Below, piece by piece: positions 28,281-41,499 of a DNA stretch of 64,000 nt (positions within the stretch are counted from its first letter, which is position 1; every line of letters starts with the position of its first letter). Both the position numbers and the translations under genes were made by a program. The DNA lies in contig NC_043003.1 of assembly GCF_006345805.1 (NCBI RefSeq), forward strand, positions 3,100,001 to 3,164,000, in the 5' to 3' direction. A model generated the notes under the pieces. The model had not been told where the DNA came from and did not search any database. It saw only the letters and a list, made by a program, of their open reading frames with translations. The stretch comes from Octopus sinensis (lineage: Eukaryota).

Positions 28281-28350
28281 CCCTAACCGTGAGCTTTATC
28301 CTCATCCTAAACCTTAACCTTAACTCTAACCCTAAGCTTTAACCTGACCC
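28281..28350. repeat. Degenerate (CCCTAA)n telomere-like tract
   Basis: ccctaa, cctaaa, ccttaa and ctctaa units. Confidence 0.55.
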
Positions 28351-29245
28351 GAAATGGTATCTATTAGTTACTATTGGAACATATACGAATTATAAATTAT
28401 GATTTTCCATAATCTATGATGGGTTTTATCAGCCAAAATTACCGAAAAACAAACGGAATCTTTAAAGGTTCACAACATTTTGCTATCAATTTCTCAATAA
28501 AACAAATGACTGTGGTTTTCTCAATTGGCACGAAAACCACAACCATTTCTTTGCGGAGCTTTTCAATAAAATCGAACAATAAGCACCAAACTGAAAAGTT
28601 CCAACATCAGTCTGTCGAGAAACAAGGTACTGAAAGGGCTCTGAATTATGAAGAGTTCTACTTTTATATACAGTTTTTACATTAATGATACTCAAATGGT
28701 GCGCTGTGGGGAAGAGACGCCCCATAAGGGGAACTTTTTGAGGCGACCGCCCGGAGCAGCACTTCCGTTTGTCGCCCCCGGATCCCACAAAAACCACATG
28801 TTGTCTACAACAATAGCCTACAACAGGATGAAAAATGCCATCCCTTTAAAAGTGCTGCCCCTATAGCCCCCCCCCCCCGCTAGTGTGAGGTGGGCCACGG
28901 ATTTTAAAAAAATATAATTTTAACATGGATTTTAGAAACTCCGTACCCATGCTCGAACGCCGGAAAAAAACAAACATCCAAAGATGATGTAACATTACAA
29001 AAGGATGATAATGCAACACTTGCAAATGTAAGAGGAAGAAAACGAAAAATCAGAAATTATACATTAGCCCCTCCCCTGATTGAATTTTACCTGTACAGAT
29101 CTCACCTGGTCTGCGATGGCTAGTTCTTTTCGTTGTCGCTCGCAATTTCAAATTTTAGATGACAAAAGCCTTACTCTTCCGTCTTCTGTTAAAAATAGTA
29201 AAATGTCCAACCAGAATTCCTGTCGGATAAGAAGATCGTTTAGCA

Positions 29246-29880
29246 GAGGTTCTCGACCATTTTTTTTTTCTTTTTACTATGGACCCCTTTGATTACTATT
29301 TCATTCTGGTGGACCCTATATTCATTCGATGCTTAAAAACTGCTTTTACAGAAACTTCTATTTTGTTTTTCTCACACTTGTGTAGGTTCAACTCTGTAAA
29401 ATGTTAGAGAAAGAAACCCAGCTGTTTCTTGCAATACATCCCAATTATGTACATCGAAAGCAAAATATTTTCAGGGGCCCCTAAAAAAATACTATTGTGG
29501 ATCCCCAATTTACTAATTTGTTATGTGGCCCTCTCCAAATCCTATATAGACCCTCAGAGGCTATATGGAACCCAGTTGAGAAACCCTTGGTCTCAGTGGT
29601 TCCCAAAGAGCGGGCAGTACTGTCCCCTTAAGGGCGGTGGAAAGATCCGACTCTGAAGAAAAGTGGGATGATGATGGGGTGGCCAAAATGGGATGTTAGA
29701 TGTAAAAACAAAAATATCAACAGGTTAATTAGGTTTAGGTTTTATTTGTGAAATACGGTTGTTTTGAATTTGCTGCAGAAAATGGTCTATATTTGTGGTG
29801 GGGGAAGGTGAAGTGGGGCGTTAGGAATGTGTCCCGGGTGTCAAAGGCGCGGCAGCTTGAAAAAATTTGGGAACCACTTC
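29246..29880. mobile_element. Two adjacent hAT-type MITEs
   Basis: CAGAGGTTCTCGACC / GTTGAGAAACCCTTG, and CAGTGGTTCCCAAA / TTTGGGAACCACT. Confidence 0.55.
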
Positions 29881-30379
29881 GTTAAATAGTGGCAAATGAA
29901 TTTTGAACTAAATTGATGTATTGCAATGACCTACGTTTAGCAGATGATCAAAGGCAGTCAATCCGTGACCATCCAGAATGTTATTGTTTAATAACTTTAT
30001 TGATTCGTGTTGGATCGAAGTGGTGTGGCTGGTAACGATAGCGACATTGTTTGTTGAGCGCAGATCTTCTCCAACAAAACTGGTTTCGAATTAAACACAG
30101 GTACAACAACATCAAAACACTGGAAAGAGCAGAAATGTTCAAATATTCACGTTCAAGCATTTAAATTTCCATCAGCGTCAGTTAAAACGATCAAAGATTG
30201 CAGGTTTTATGGCTGCGTATTTCAGAAGTTCATTAAGTGCATCGTCTGGAATTCAGGGCCACAAACAAACACGCGTGCGCGCGCCTTGAGCAACCGTTAG
30301 AATTTTTTTTATGTCCGTAATTACAATTTAACAAGTGGCAACATGTTGCATGCCAAATTAAGGTAAAAACAATATATTT

Positions 30380-31130
30380 TCAAGGGGAATAAATTATTTA
30401 CATTTGACGGATATTTGTCCTGATCTTGTTTGCTAACACAACAAACAAGCTGATATACCCTTCGGCCTTCATCGGGTGTCTTGGGAAAACTTCGAACCTG
30501 GGTTCTCATTCCTAAGGTATTTTTCAATGTTATTATAATCATTCAGCTCACTGCCTGGAACCTTGGGGTTAGTAGCCTGCGCTCTTAACCACTACGCCAT
30601 ATGCCCATGAGCAATTATGGAGTGAATTTTTAGGGATTATAAATCTAATATTCTCCTATCCTTCCTTAATACCGGTTCCCATATGCTATTCATATCTGCA
30701 CTCGGTCTGCTTAGGAGGTTGTTGTGTCCAAGCATATGTGCTGCTTCTTTGAGTTTTCGTATTTTCCAGTGGTGTTCCCTGTCTATTATTTAAACTTCAT
30801 CCCACAGGGAGAGGTGGTCTCCATTTTTCCATACATGATCAGCTATACCCGATTTATCAATATCTCCCCATGTCACAGCTTTGCGATGTTCCTCTACCCT
30901 TATTTTGAGGGGACGGCATGTTTCGCCTTTGTATAACTTACCACAGATGCATGGGATGGAGTACACCCAGTTTTTGGTCATGTTCTCTTCTGTTGGTGGT
31001 TTTACTCTAAGGAGATATTTGCAAAGTGTCGTATTACTCTTGAATACTCTCCTGACATTCATATGGGCCGCAGATCTTTTGTATCTTTTCGGAGGGGCCT
31101 TGCACATTGGGTAGACAGACTGTAGACACT
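30380..31130 (-). mobile_element. Penelope-like element 3' remnant: GIY-YIG endonuclease plus pLTR with decayed hammerhead
   Basis: VYSIPCICGKLYKGETCRPLKIRVEEHRK...SGIADHVWKNGDH (30790-31107). Downstream on the minus strand: GACAC-CCGATGA-AGGC...CAGC (30435-30480). Confidence 0.85.
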
Positions 31131-31299
31131 TTATTGGCTTCTTCCTCTCTTTTCTTCATAGTTGGAGTAGAAAAGAAAAACATGCCGTCCCCTCAAAATA
31201 AGGGTTGAGGAACATTGCAAAGCTGTGACACAGCAGTAAGAAGCGAAGATGACCAATTTGTTAATAATAAATGTTCTTTCTAATCTCCATTAGAAAGAC

Positions 31300-32530
<1,231 letters not shown>

Positions 32531-34244
32531 TTTATTGTAAGTTTTCTTCAGCTGCTGTTTCCATCCCATTCTGAATTCCTACGCTGCCCATGTTTTTTCA
32601 CTCTACAGTAGTGGTCAACTTGAACGTGCTCAAGAGGGACATTGTTTTCCCCGTCTCCGTCATCGATCACAGCCTCTTACGCCACATAAAAACCAATACA
32701 AAAACAACATACGAAAAGAAAAATATTTTAAAGAGATGATATTGATTTTGCTAAAAAAAAAAGAAGAAAATCACAAGGAGATATTTCTCGCAAAGCTGTT
32801 CATCTCTGTTTACTGAAATGGATAAGACACGATCAAGTAGGTCCTATTGATCTATTGAGCTATTGAGCTATTGATCTATTGGCTACTTGTCCTAGCTTGA
32901 ATATTTTTTGCTTGCTTTTAAACCGTCTCTAACATCTTCATCGATGAAATGTCTTTTTTCCCCTCCTTAACCATATTCAAACATCCTACATGATTAGCAT
33001 AATTGGCTGAGGAGTATGCACAGATTGGCAAAAAAGTATGTTAAAATATAGCCGAATCATGTATCTGGTATGAAATTCCTGATCTACCATAAATGATCAG
33101 ATGAGGGTGAGGGCCAAGGGAAAGGCAGCTTCAGCAAGAAGTGGTAGGTAACTTTGCTGGTGTCAGTTGTAAGGATGTTACTGTCACTGTAGTTCTCAAG
33201 TTCAATATGCATGAAGTTTGTTTTATGGGGGAAAAGAGCAAATATGCAAAGGAACTGTTTCTGTACAAAGGATGAGAATTATTGAGATGATTATTATCGA
33301 TCGGGAGATGTGAGAAACGAGAACGGGTGGTCGATAACTGACAAAGAAAAGTTTCCATGTTTAGCCATAAGTCTTGGTTGTGCGTGTTTTCAGAGGAAAG
33401 TGATCCATTGAAACGGATACTTAAAGAGAGAGAATTTGTAGAGCTTGGCAAAGACATGCGATGGCTCTGGAGTGCTTCTTCTAGAAAAGTTGAAGGGCGT
33501 CCGGTAGGTCAAAGTCTTTGCTGCATGGAGTGATAAGGGAGACTGTGGGTGAACCTTTTTAAAGACAATTATTGAGGAAATGGATAGCTTGAAAGGAATA
33601 TAGAATCAGAAGCTGTATAAAGTCAGAAACCAACCAGGCAGCAAATGCAGAAGCTCATTTTGATAGGAACTTTATTTAAAGCAACACTTTGATGAAAGGT
33701 GACGTGGTAGAAAGTTGGCAGAGAATCTCTTCTAATGCAATGTGAATGCCAGGGAAAGCTTGAGGACTGCGCCATGTTTGAAGCATTCCTTCTTTCTTTT
33801 TTGTTAATCCAGAAGACGTAAGCAATAGTTTTTAGTCGGTACTGCTGAAGCGTAACTAGGTTTAAACATCTGTGAGGTTTTAGGTTACGGATTTTGCTTG
33901 TGTCATGGCTGTAAAGAGGCAGGCCAAGGAAGACAGTCTTGGTAATTTGCCAGAATTTTGGTCAGATCAGTTACTAATTAGTAAAATATAAGGTGTACTT
34001 TCTTGGTTAGACAGTGGTTAGTCAATACAGTGACCAGAAAGACACAGTGATGGCTGAGTGTAAAGACTGGTGTTAGACATAGGAAAGAATTCCAGAGTGT
34101 TTGAAATACCTAGGTGTCTGTCAAATTTATTGATAGATTTAGCAGACTAATGTATCGTTTTCCTTTCCTGCAAGGAATGGAACTTGAAGGGTCGGCTATT
34201 CCAAAACACTATCAATATTCCTATATAATTGTTTCTAACAAGAT

Positions 34245-34560
34245 TCATTCATTCGTTCATTTGGTTCTCATTGTGCCTCGTGGCACATGTGGTGACAACA
34301 AGATCCTTCCACCTTCGAACAATGAAAGCATCTTTGACATCTAGTTCCATTGTTAAAACTCTGCTTTTAAGATCTTTTGCTCTCTGCCAAGTTTCCTTTG
34401 GTCGGCCCTGTCTTCTTTTACTTTTTGGAATCCATTGCAAAGCGATCCTGACAACTGGGTTTGGTTTATAGGGTCAAACTCAACCCAGCCATTTCCATCT
34501 CCTTGCTTCAATAGTTTCCCTTATTAGTTTCTAACAACAGATATTTCAAAACAGCTCCTG
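34245..34560 (-). mobile_element. RTE 3' fragment (third family)
   Basis: MQWIPKSKRRQGRPKETWQR...RRWKDLVVTTCATRH. Confidence 0.7.
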
Positions 34561-35859
34561 ATCCAGATATGAGGCTAGCAATTACGATGGGAACGGCTGG
34601 TCAATAGCATTGATTTCAGTACTTCACGGGTACTTATTTCATTAATTTCGATCGCATGAAAAGCACAACTGACTTCAGCAGAATTTTAAACCAAAACGTA
34701 AACATCGGTAACAGAAACAATGGATCGCTTTCCTCTATTCTAATGAATATTTTAAAGAAGAATTCATTTATTAGTTAAAATGTTCCACAGGGTTCAGTTA
34801 ACAATCTTGACATTCTGAATTTAAATCTCAGAGAAGCCAGTTTGATCCTTCTTTTGGAGTCGATAAAGGAAAGTCCTAACCAAACAGAGGAGTCGTGTTA
34901 ATCATCCAATATCCTTTGCAAAAAAGCGGTTTTACGTCAATATTAGAAATCGATATGAGTAGGATATAATCTCTTGTACCATGAACATATTTTCAAGTTG
35001 CATCTATCACTTTTTTTTTCTAACGCTTTGAAGACATATATAAGTTGCTGGTATATCAGTTCTTCCTTGTAAAACGTCAATGCCAAGAGTTTCGTAAATA
35101 GGCAGGTGAGGTGGGGATGGAGATTTGCAAGGGATGACGTTTATTTGTTTGCATCAACATTGATTTGTGGAGAGAGGAGATTAAATCCTTGAATAAATCT
35201 GAGTGATGGCTCTCTCTCCGTTACGTTTTGATGTTCGTTAACTCCTCCTAGGCCATTGGTGCAACGACAATGAAACTCAAACCAGCAACTCCCCTAATCC
35301 CAGGGAATGTCCTAAGGGGTGGTATATTTTTTTAAGGGCCGCCTAATTGGGGCCCCACTGACCTCTTATTTTTACTGCCTTTTAAACTAAATACATGGCA
35401 TTGGCGAGCAAATTGGGGCAATGTCAATGAATTTCATACCATGAACTCCCAGGGAGTATCGTAAAGAGGTTCAGTTTCCGAAGGGCCGCTTAAATGGGGC
35501 CCACTGACCCTGCCTATTTTTATTGCATTTACCTCGCCCCTACGCTTATTAATTAAACTATGATCATCATCAGTGCTTAGCACATTTGCAGAAATAAGTT
35601 TGGACATTTCTAAATACCTCCACATACATTCAAATCGAGATAAAGAGTTATAACAGGTACGTTTCAGGTGTGGTAGTGTGGACATTTATATTTTGTAGTT
35701 TATGAAACTTATGTCTGAGTATATACATAAATATATATTTGAAAGATATTGTTATAGGTATAAAAAAAAAAATAGGGGAGAAAAAGTTGTTGAATAAAAA
35801 ATTAGATTTAATAGAAAATTGGATTCAATTTTGTATTGAACCTAATTCTCCATTTTTTA

Positions 35860-36700
35860 ATACCTGTTCATGGTATCTTTATACCTTTAACGATATTTTT
35901 CAACTATTAATTTCATATTCTTATTACTTACTCCGGCTGTTTTTTTATGAATATGATGAATCTTTATCAGAAATCATTCTCTCTTTTTGGATCTGTCAAA
36001 AAGTTTGAATTGCTCTTTTTGAACTTATTTTTTCTCACATATATAAATATTTTTAATTCTATGAGTTTTTCAGTTCAAAGCTGGTCAAACTTACAGTTCT
36101 TTTCTGAATTTAAGATTCCTTCTACACTGACCTAGATTTTCTGTCATCACGGATATAGACTGACCTTTGTCTGTGGTATCTTTATTCCTTCTTACATCCC
36201 CATTTCTTTCCTCCTGATGTCCTTTGCTTTAGCCAAACCTACCCACCGTTGTCTTTCTTGCTACTATAGAATTTTGCCTGCAACAGTTAGATGCAAACTT
36301 AACCATGGTATGACCAGCATCTTTCCTCATGTCTCTTGGAACTTATATCCACACTTTTATGAGTAGATTTATCTTCTCTGGGATGTTAATAATCATTTTA
36401 AAAACTTTGTATTGTTGGAAAACATATATGGTCTGCTTGGAATCTTACTTCAGATTCATGGAACTCACTTCTATAACTTCATAAGGATATTTACACTCTA
36501 AGATGTTTGGAAAACCTATATGTGATTTAGCTGATGAATACTTAACGTTATATTTGCTGTAATATTTGCAGCTTGAAATAAAATGTTTATAGTATGAAAC
36601 AATTGTACTAAACTACCGATCCATTCTTGTTGCTTTTTTCTTGGTTATAATCACCCCACACAATTTTATGGTTAATACCATAAAGAATCCTAGTGTATCT
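35860..36700 (-). mobile_element. Highly degenerate LINE endonuclease region
   Basis: Fragments IVWGDYN...KNG, SVDISS and LKQRTSGGKKWDV in broken frames. Confidence 0.35.
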
Positions 36701-36971
36701 AAGTTAAGTACCGCATTCATTTGAATTCATTTGAATCTTAATTGTTTTTGCTAAATATATATATATATGTATATGAGAGGTAATGGTGTCAAAAAGACCC
36801 AAAGGTGTCAGGTAATGCTGAGTAAGTACTATGGACAGACTATAGCTAAGCTCCAGGTTCTGTGATTATGCAAATAGGAGTCTAACGTAGGTCATATACA
36901 AAAAAATTCTTTTTTCAGAATGAGATAAAAAACCAAGGCCGTGAAGATTTTAGAACATTTATAGATAGAAG

Positions 36972-37020
36972 GTCTTACAGCTGTTTCCAGGATATTTATT
37001 ATATCCTTTCATTGGAGATG
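36972..37020 (-). ncRNA. Decayed type I hammerhead motif
   Basis: TCT-CCAATGA-A-AGGATAT-aataa-ATATCCT-G-GAAA-CAGCTG-T-A-AGA: 7-bp stem II, palindromic stem III, two core substitutions. Confidence 0.6.
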
Positions 37021-37784
37021 GTGTGAGAAAGTGGTTAAGCAATGGTTAATTTAGATAAGATAAGATACACTTCACTCTCTATTTCGTATCTTATCTAAAT
37101 TAACTATTGCTTAACCATTTTCTCATTAGACTATTTTCCTTAATTATTGCATGGTAATCGCCATAAGCTTTAAGTTTATATAAATACCATTATTATTATT
37201 TACAGGATTATAAAACTCGACATGGCATAACAAAACCATTTGCACCAAAATACATATATATATATGACCGGCTTCTTTCAGTTTCCGTCTACCAAATCCA
37301 CTCACAAGGCTTTTGTCAGCCCGAGGCTATAGTAGAAGACACTTGCCCAAGGTGTCACGCAGTGGGACTGAACCTGGAACCATGTGGTTCGGAAGCAAGC
37401 TTCTTACCACGCAGCCACCCCTAGAACAAAAAGTCTGGTGCTCCACTTCTTTATGCATTACAAAACTTGCATAAATTTTCGTTCATTAGCAGATAATTAA
37501 TAATTACAAAATATATAAGGCATAGGCGTGGTTCTGTGCTGAAGAACTTGGTTCTCAATCATGTGGTTTCTAGTCCAGTACCACTGCAGGGCACCTTAGG
37601 TAGGTGTCTGGCACTATAGCCCAGGGCAAATCAGTGCCTTGTGAAGGAATTTGGCTGACAGAAACTGTGTGGAATCACAAACATCACATACATACATTAA
37701 ATAAATACATACATTACATAAATACATACATTACATAAATACATACATACATTACATAAATACATACATACATAGATACATTAT

Positions 37785-38290
37785 TATGGCTGCCCCCTCG
37801 TTATCAAGTATGGCCATTGCACGAAGTTTAACTGTTACTGGTGCTGTGATCGAATGTGACTTTTTAGCCCAGCTAAAGATCTACAATGTCTTGTACAGAA
37901 TTAGCAACTAAAACCTTTACCGGTAATAGCCGGCTGTAGTTGTAACTGGGCTTCATGTACCTTTGCATGTCGTTTAAGTCCTCCTGCTGAATTACACTCT
38001 CTTCCACATGCCTGACAGATATGATTAGTATGGTGTGTTACACCACCACCAGTGGCCAGGTTGTCACTCATCTGTCTCGTTTTATGACTACGAAGATGAC
38101 TCATGAGTCCAGCTTTACTGAGGCAGGGTCTTGCACAGACACTGCATGTCAGCATCATAGGAAGACCCTTCCCATCTGGAAGTGTAACAGCGATGCCCTT
38201 CCTGACATCCCTCCTTACTTTCTCATGTGCAACTCGAGATTTCTCAAAAGTGGCTGTCCCCTCATGCACAATCCTTCTCCACCTGCATAC
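37785..38290 (-). mobile_element. RTE-type LINE 3' end with three C2H2 zinc fingers
   Basis: WRRIVHEGTATFEKSR...CSVCARPCLSKAGLMSHLRSH...CQACGRECNSAGGLKRHAKVH...C*FCTRHCRSLAGLKSHIRSQH; tail GGCCATACTTGATAACGAGGGGCAGCC. Confidence 0.75.
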
Positions 38291-39421
38291 ATACATACAC
38301 AGACAGGAAAATTTGAACTCACGGACAGGCAAAATACCGCTAAGCATTTTGCCTGGTGTGCGACCGATGCTGCCAGCTCGCCACCTTAAAATGAGAGTTA
38401 ATAATGATGTTATACGTGAGTTCAATACCTCACGTTGAAAAGAGATCACAAATGAACTGTGTACAGTTTAAGATGATTTAGTCAATGAATTAGTTAACAA
38501 CAACAACGGTTATAGTTTCAAACCACTTTAATTGCAATATCTTGTGAACATCCTACACATATATCCATATCTATATATATATTTACACATACATATACAT
38601 TACACTAATTAATAATATATCTTACAATAATTAATACTACTAATATATATATATATTGTCAGAACAGAGACAATATGACAAGATTGGAAGTTGGTAAACA
38701 TTTTGGTGTGTGTGTGTGTGTACAAGCAAATCACCAAAACTGTTAGTCTTCTCATTTTATTATTCTGATTAAATCAGCAAATAAAATACGGATAGGAACT
38801 ACGTGGACAGAAAAAGAAATGAAAGTAACCAAGTGTAACATCAAGCAGGTTTTGATATTTAGCTTTCTTATCAACAGCTGCCACTGCCAAATATGAAGAA
38901 CTGGGACATGAAATTTCTGTTAAACATCCACTAAAAACTTGGAATCTAGACAAATAAACACCTGAATTTTCTATCCTACCCTAATCTTTTTCAAAATCGT
39001 TAAGTTGTGAAACTGGTTAAGTAACTGTAATTTATATTTTCTTAATGACTTCAAGTGCATTTTCAACTTCCTTTTGAACACACACACATCTTTTGTGTGT
39101 GTTTATGTGTGTGTGTGGTTGTGTGTCTATGTGTGTCTCTGTGTGTGTGCGTGTATATGTATGTATACATATAATAAATTTATTGTACTACAAATATGTT
39201 ACAAATTTATTATATATGTACGTATACATATATGTATACATACATATATTTTTATATATGTAAATATGCGTGTGTGTGAGTGTATATATATATATATATA
39301 CACACTTACATACATGTATATATCCATATATATATATATATATATACATGCACTCACTTTTGTGCCCCCCACCCACAGATATATAAATTTATTGTACTAC
39401 AAATATGTTACAAATTTATTA

Positions 39422-39488
<67 letters not shown>

Positions 39489-39564
39489 TACATATATACA
39501 TGTGTAAACCAGGGAAAAGATGAACTTGTATATCTGTCAGTAGATTGGGTAGATTATTCGAAAC

Positions 39565-39846
39565 GTATGCATTAAATATCCACCATGGCTGATCTTACCA
39601 ATTGGTTTCGTGAAATGAATATAATGGAGTGTCAGGTGACAAACTGATTATATAACTTTATGCTCATCAGAGTTAGACGATATGGAAAGGAATATGGTGA
39701 CTGTCCTAGTTGCCTTTTTCCTTTCCATATCATTTAACTCTGATGAGCGTAAAGTTATATAATCGGTTTGTTGCCTGACATTCCATTGTATTCTTGATGC
39801 GAAACCAACCAGTAAGGTCAGCCATGGTGGACATTTAATACTATAC
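39565..39846. repeat. ~128-bp inverted repeat, each arm containing a hammerhead core
   Basis: Arms 39565-39692 and 39718-39846 with a 25-nt spacer. CTGATGA 39740-39746 and GAAA 39801-39804 on +; mirrored on -. Confidence 0.9.
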
Positions 39847-40348
39847 ATTTTGGATAATATATATATATATATATGTGTGAGTATGTGTGTGTTTGTGGAG
39901 GGTGGGGGTGCATGCATGCACAATAATCATATTATTAAGCTGTAATTCTTCAAACAATAAGCTTATTAAATTATAAATATATGAGTTAGATAAAATATAA
40001 ATCAATAAACTAAATGGATAACGCAAAAGCGACCTGATGCTTGTTTCTCTTCTTTTCCATTTTCTGGTTCACGTCCATCATAATTCCCCAGTATCCAAGT
40101 GTATCCTCAGTTGAATGAACCGTTAAGCAAAACAAGCTGGGTTTAGCGTGGGCATTGGGTCACCTTTTCCAAGAAGTGGGCCGCATGCAACATGGTTCGT
40201 AGAACTAAAAAATTTCAAGGCAATTTTTCACTTGTCTGCCATTCAGAAAGTCCTGCAGGCTGCAGTTTGACCACAACAGCGTGGCCATTTGTCTTTTCCT
40301 AACCAGTTCTTATTTCTTGCTTTGTCAGCTAAAGAACGGAAAGTTTAA

Positions 40349-40567
40349 CCCTTTAGTATTTAAACCGGCCATATCCGGCCAAAATATTTAATCTGTTTTA
40401 TGCTCAAACTGACCAGATCCAGGCTCTCACACCTACCCTACAATGTTATTCTACATTAAGTAATTACACCATCAAGATCTTGAAGATATGAGATAATGCA
40501 TGATTAATTCAAATCAATGTGAATCAATAGGCATTATGTTTGATAGAATAATCTGAACACTAAAGGG
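40349..40567. mobile_element. piggyBac-type MITE
   Basis: TTAA|CCCTTTAG ... CTAAAGGG|TTAA. Confidence 0.75.
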
Positions 40568-40831
40568 TTAAGGAGGAACCATTCTGAGGTCAGTGTTTAT
40601 GGCATTCTTTGCCTAAACACTATGCATTATCCATGTATACTAAATATCCATGATTTCATTTTTATACATCGAGATATCATTTACAAGCCATTTCATTTAA
40701 AAACTAAAGCATATTTCACAGAAGCATTATGTAACACAACAAAAAAAAAAACAAAGTAGGTGAAACATGGAATCTAAATCAAAAAATCTTGTTGTTCAAT
40801 AGCTGAGATATTATTATGATTGCAATTATAC

Positions 40832-40876
40832 TTGAAGCTTGGGAAAAGTTTGGTGTTATCCATGAAGCAGCATTTT
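40832..40876 (-). CDS. Candidate 45-nt phase-1 exon (xNAASWITPNFSQAS)
   Basis: Acceptor ttttatttcattacag, donor gtataa. Confidence 0.4.
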
Positions 40877-41499
40877 CTGTAATGAAATAAAATTGATCTT
40901 AAAAATCCAGTATACACAACTGAGGCAATATTAAACAAAATAGACATCTGCATATCACACTTAATGTAGGCGCAAGCGTGACTCTGTGGTTCAGTCCTAC
41001 TTCCTGGGTTCAGTCCTACTTCATGGTACCTTGAGCAAGTGCCTTCTACTATAAGGTTGGTGAGTGGATTCCGACAGAACCTGAAGGAAGCCGGTCGTTT
41101 ATTCATCTGTGGTTGTTCCATTTCTGTTTAGGATCTGATCAATTTAATCCCAGTTCTTGATCAATTCTTCATTGATCCCAGTAAGATGAAAAGCAAGGGT
41201 TGATCTCATCGTGATTTCAACTAAAACCGAAAGTATTTAGTCCAACACTGTACCGTTTCTGCTTTCACATTCATTATCTTCATCAACATCAACATCATTA
41301 TAAATGTCGTCGTTGTCATCATTTAATGTCTGTTTTCCATGCTACCATCGATTTGATGGTTTGACAGGATCCAGCAGGAAGCTGTGCTGTGCCGAGCTCC
41401 GATGTTTGCCTTGATGTGTTTTTTTCTGTTTCTTTAATATGGCTGGATGTCTTTTCATGTCCTTCCTAATGCCAGATATTGATTTCAAATTTTGGCACA

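Noticed and set aside
29930-30290. CpG-rich segment with a minus-strand donor at ~29934
   Set aside because: The open frame is bounded by a stop with no ATG or good acceptor; the promoter call is not supportable.
32681-32750. Minus-strand exon encoding a TM-like IFFFSYVVFVLVFMW
   Set aside because: Hydrophobicity is expected from T-rich sequence, and phase 1, needed to continue the exon chain, has a stop; kept only as a weak candidate.
33100-33950. Possible N-terminal Penelope remnant on the minus strand
   Set aside because: Only vague similarity (HFLNNCL) in broken frames, with no diagnostic motif.
36608-36695. TM-like minus-strand reading TLGFFMVLTIKLCGVIITKKK
   Set aside because: The alternative frame (IVWGDYN..KNG) fits the surrounding degenerate LINE endonuclease.
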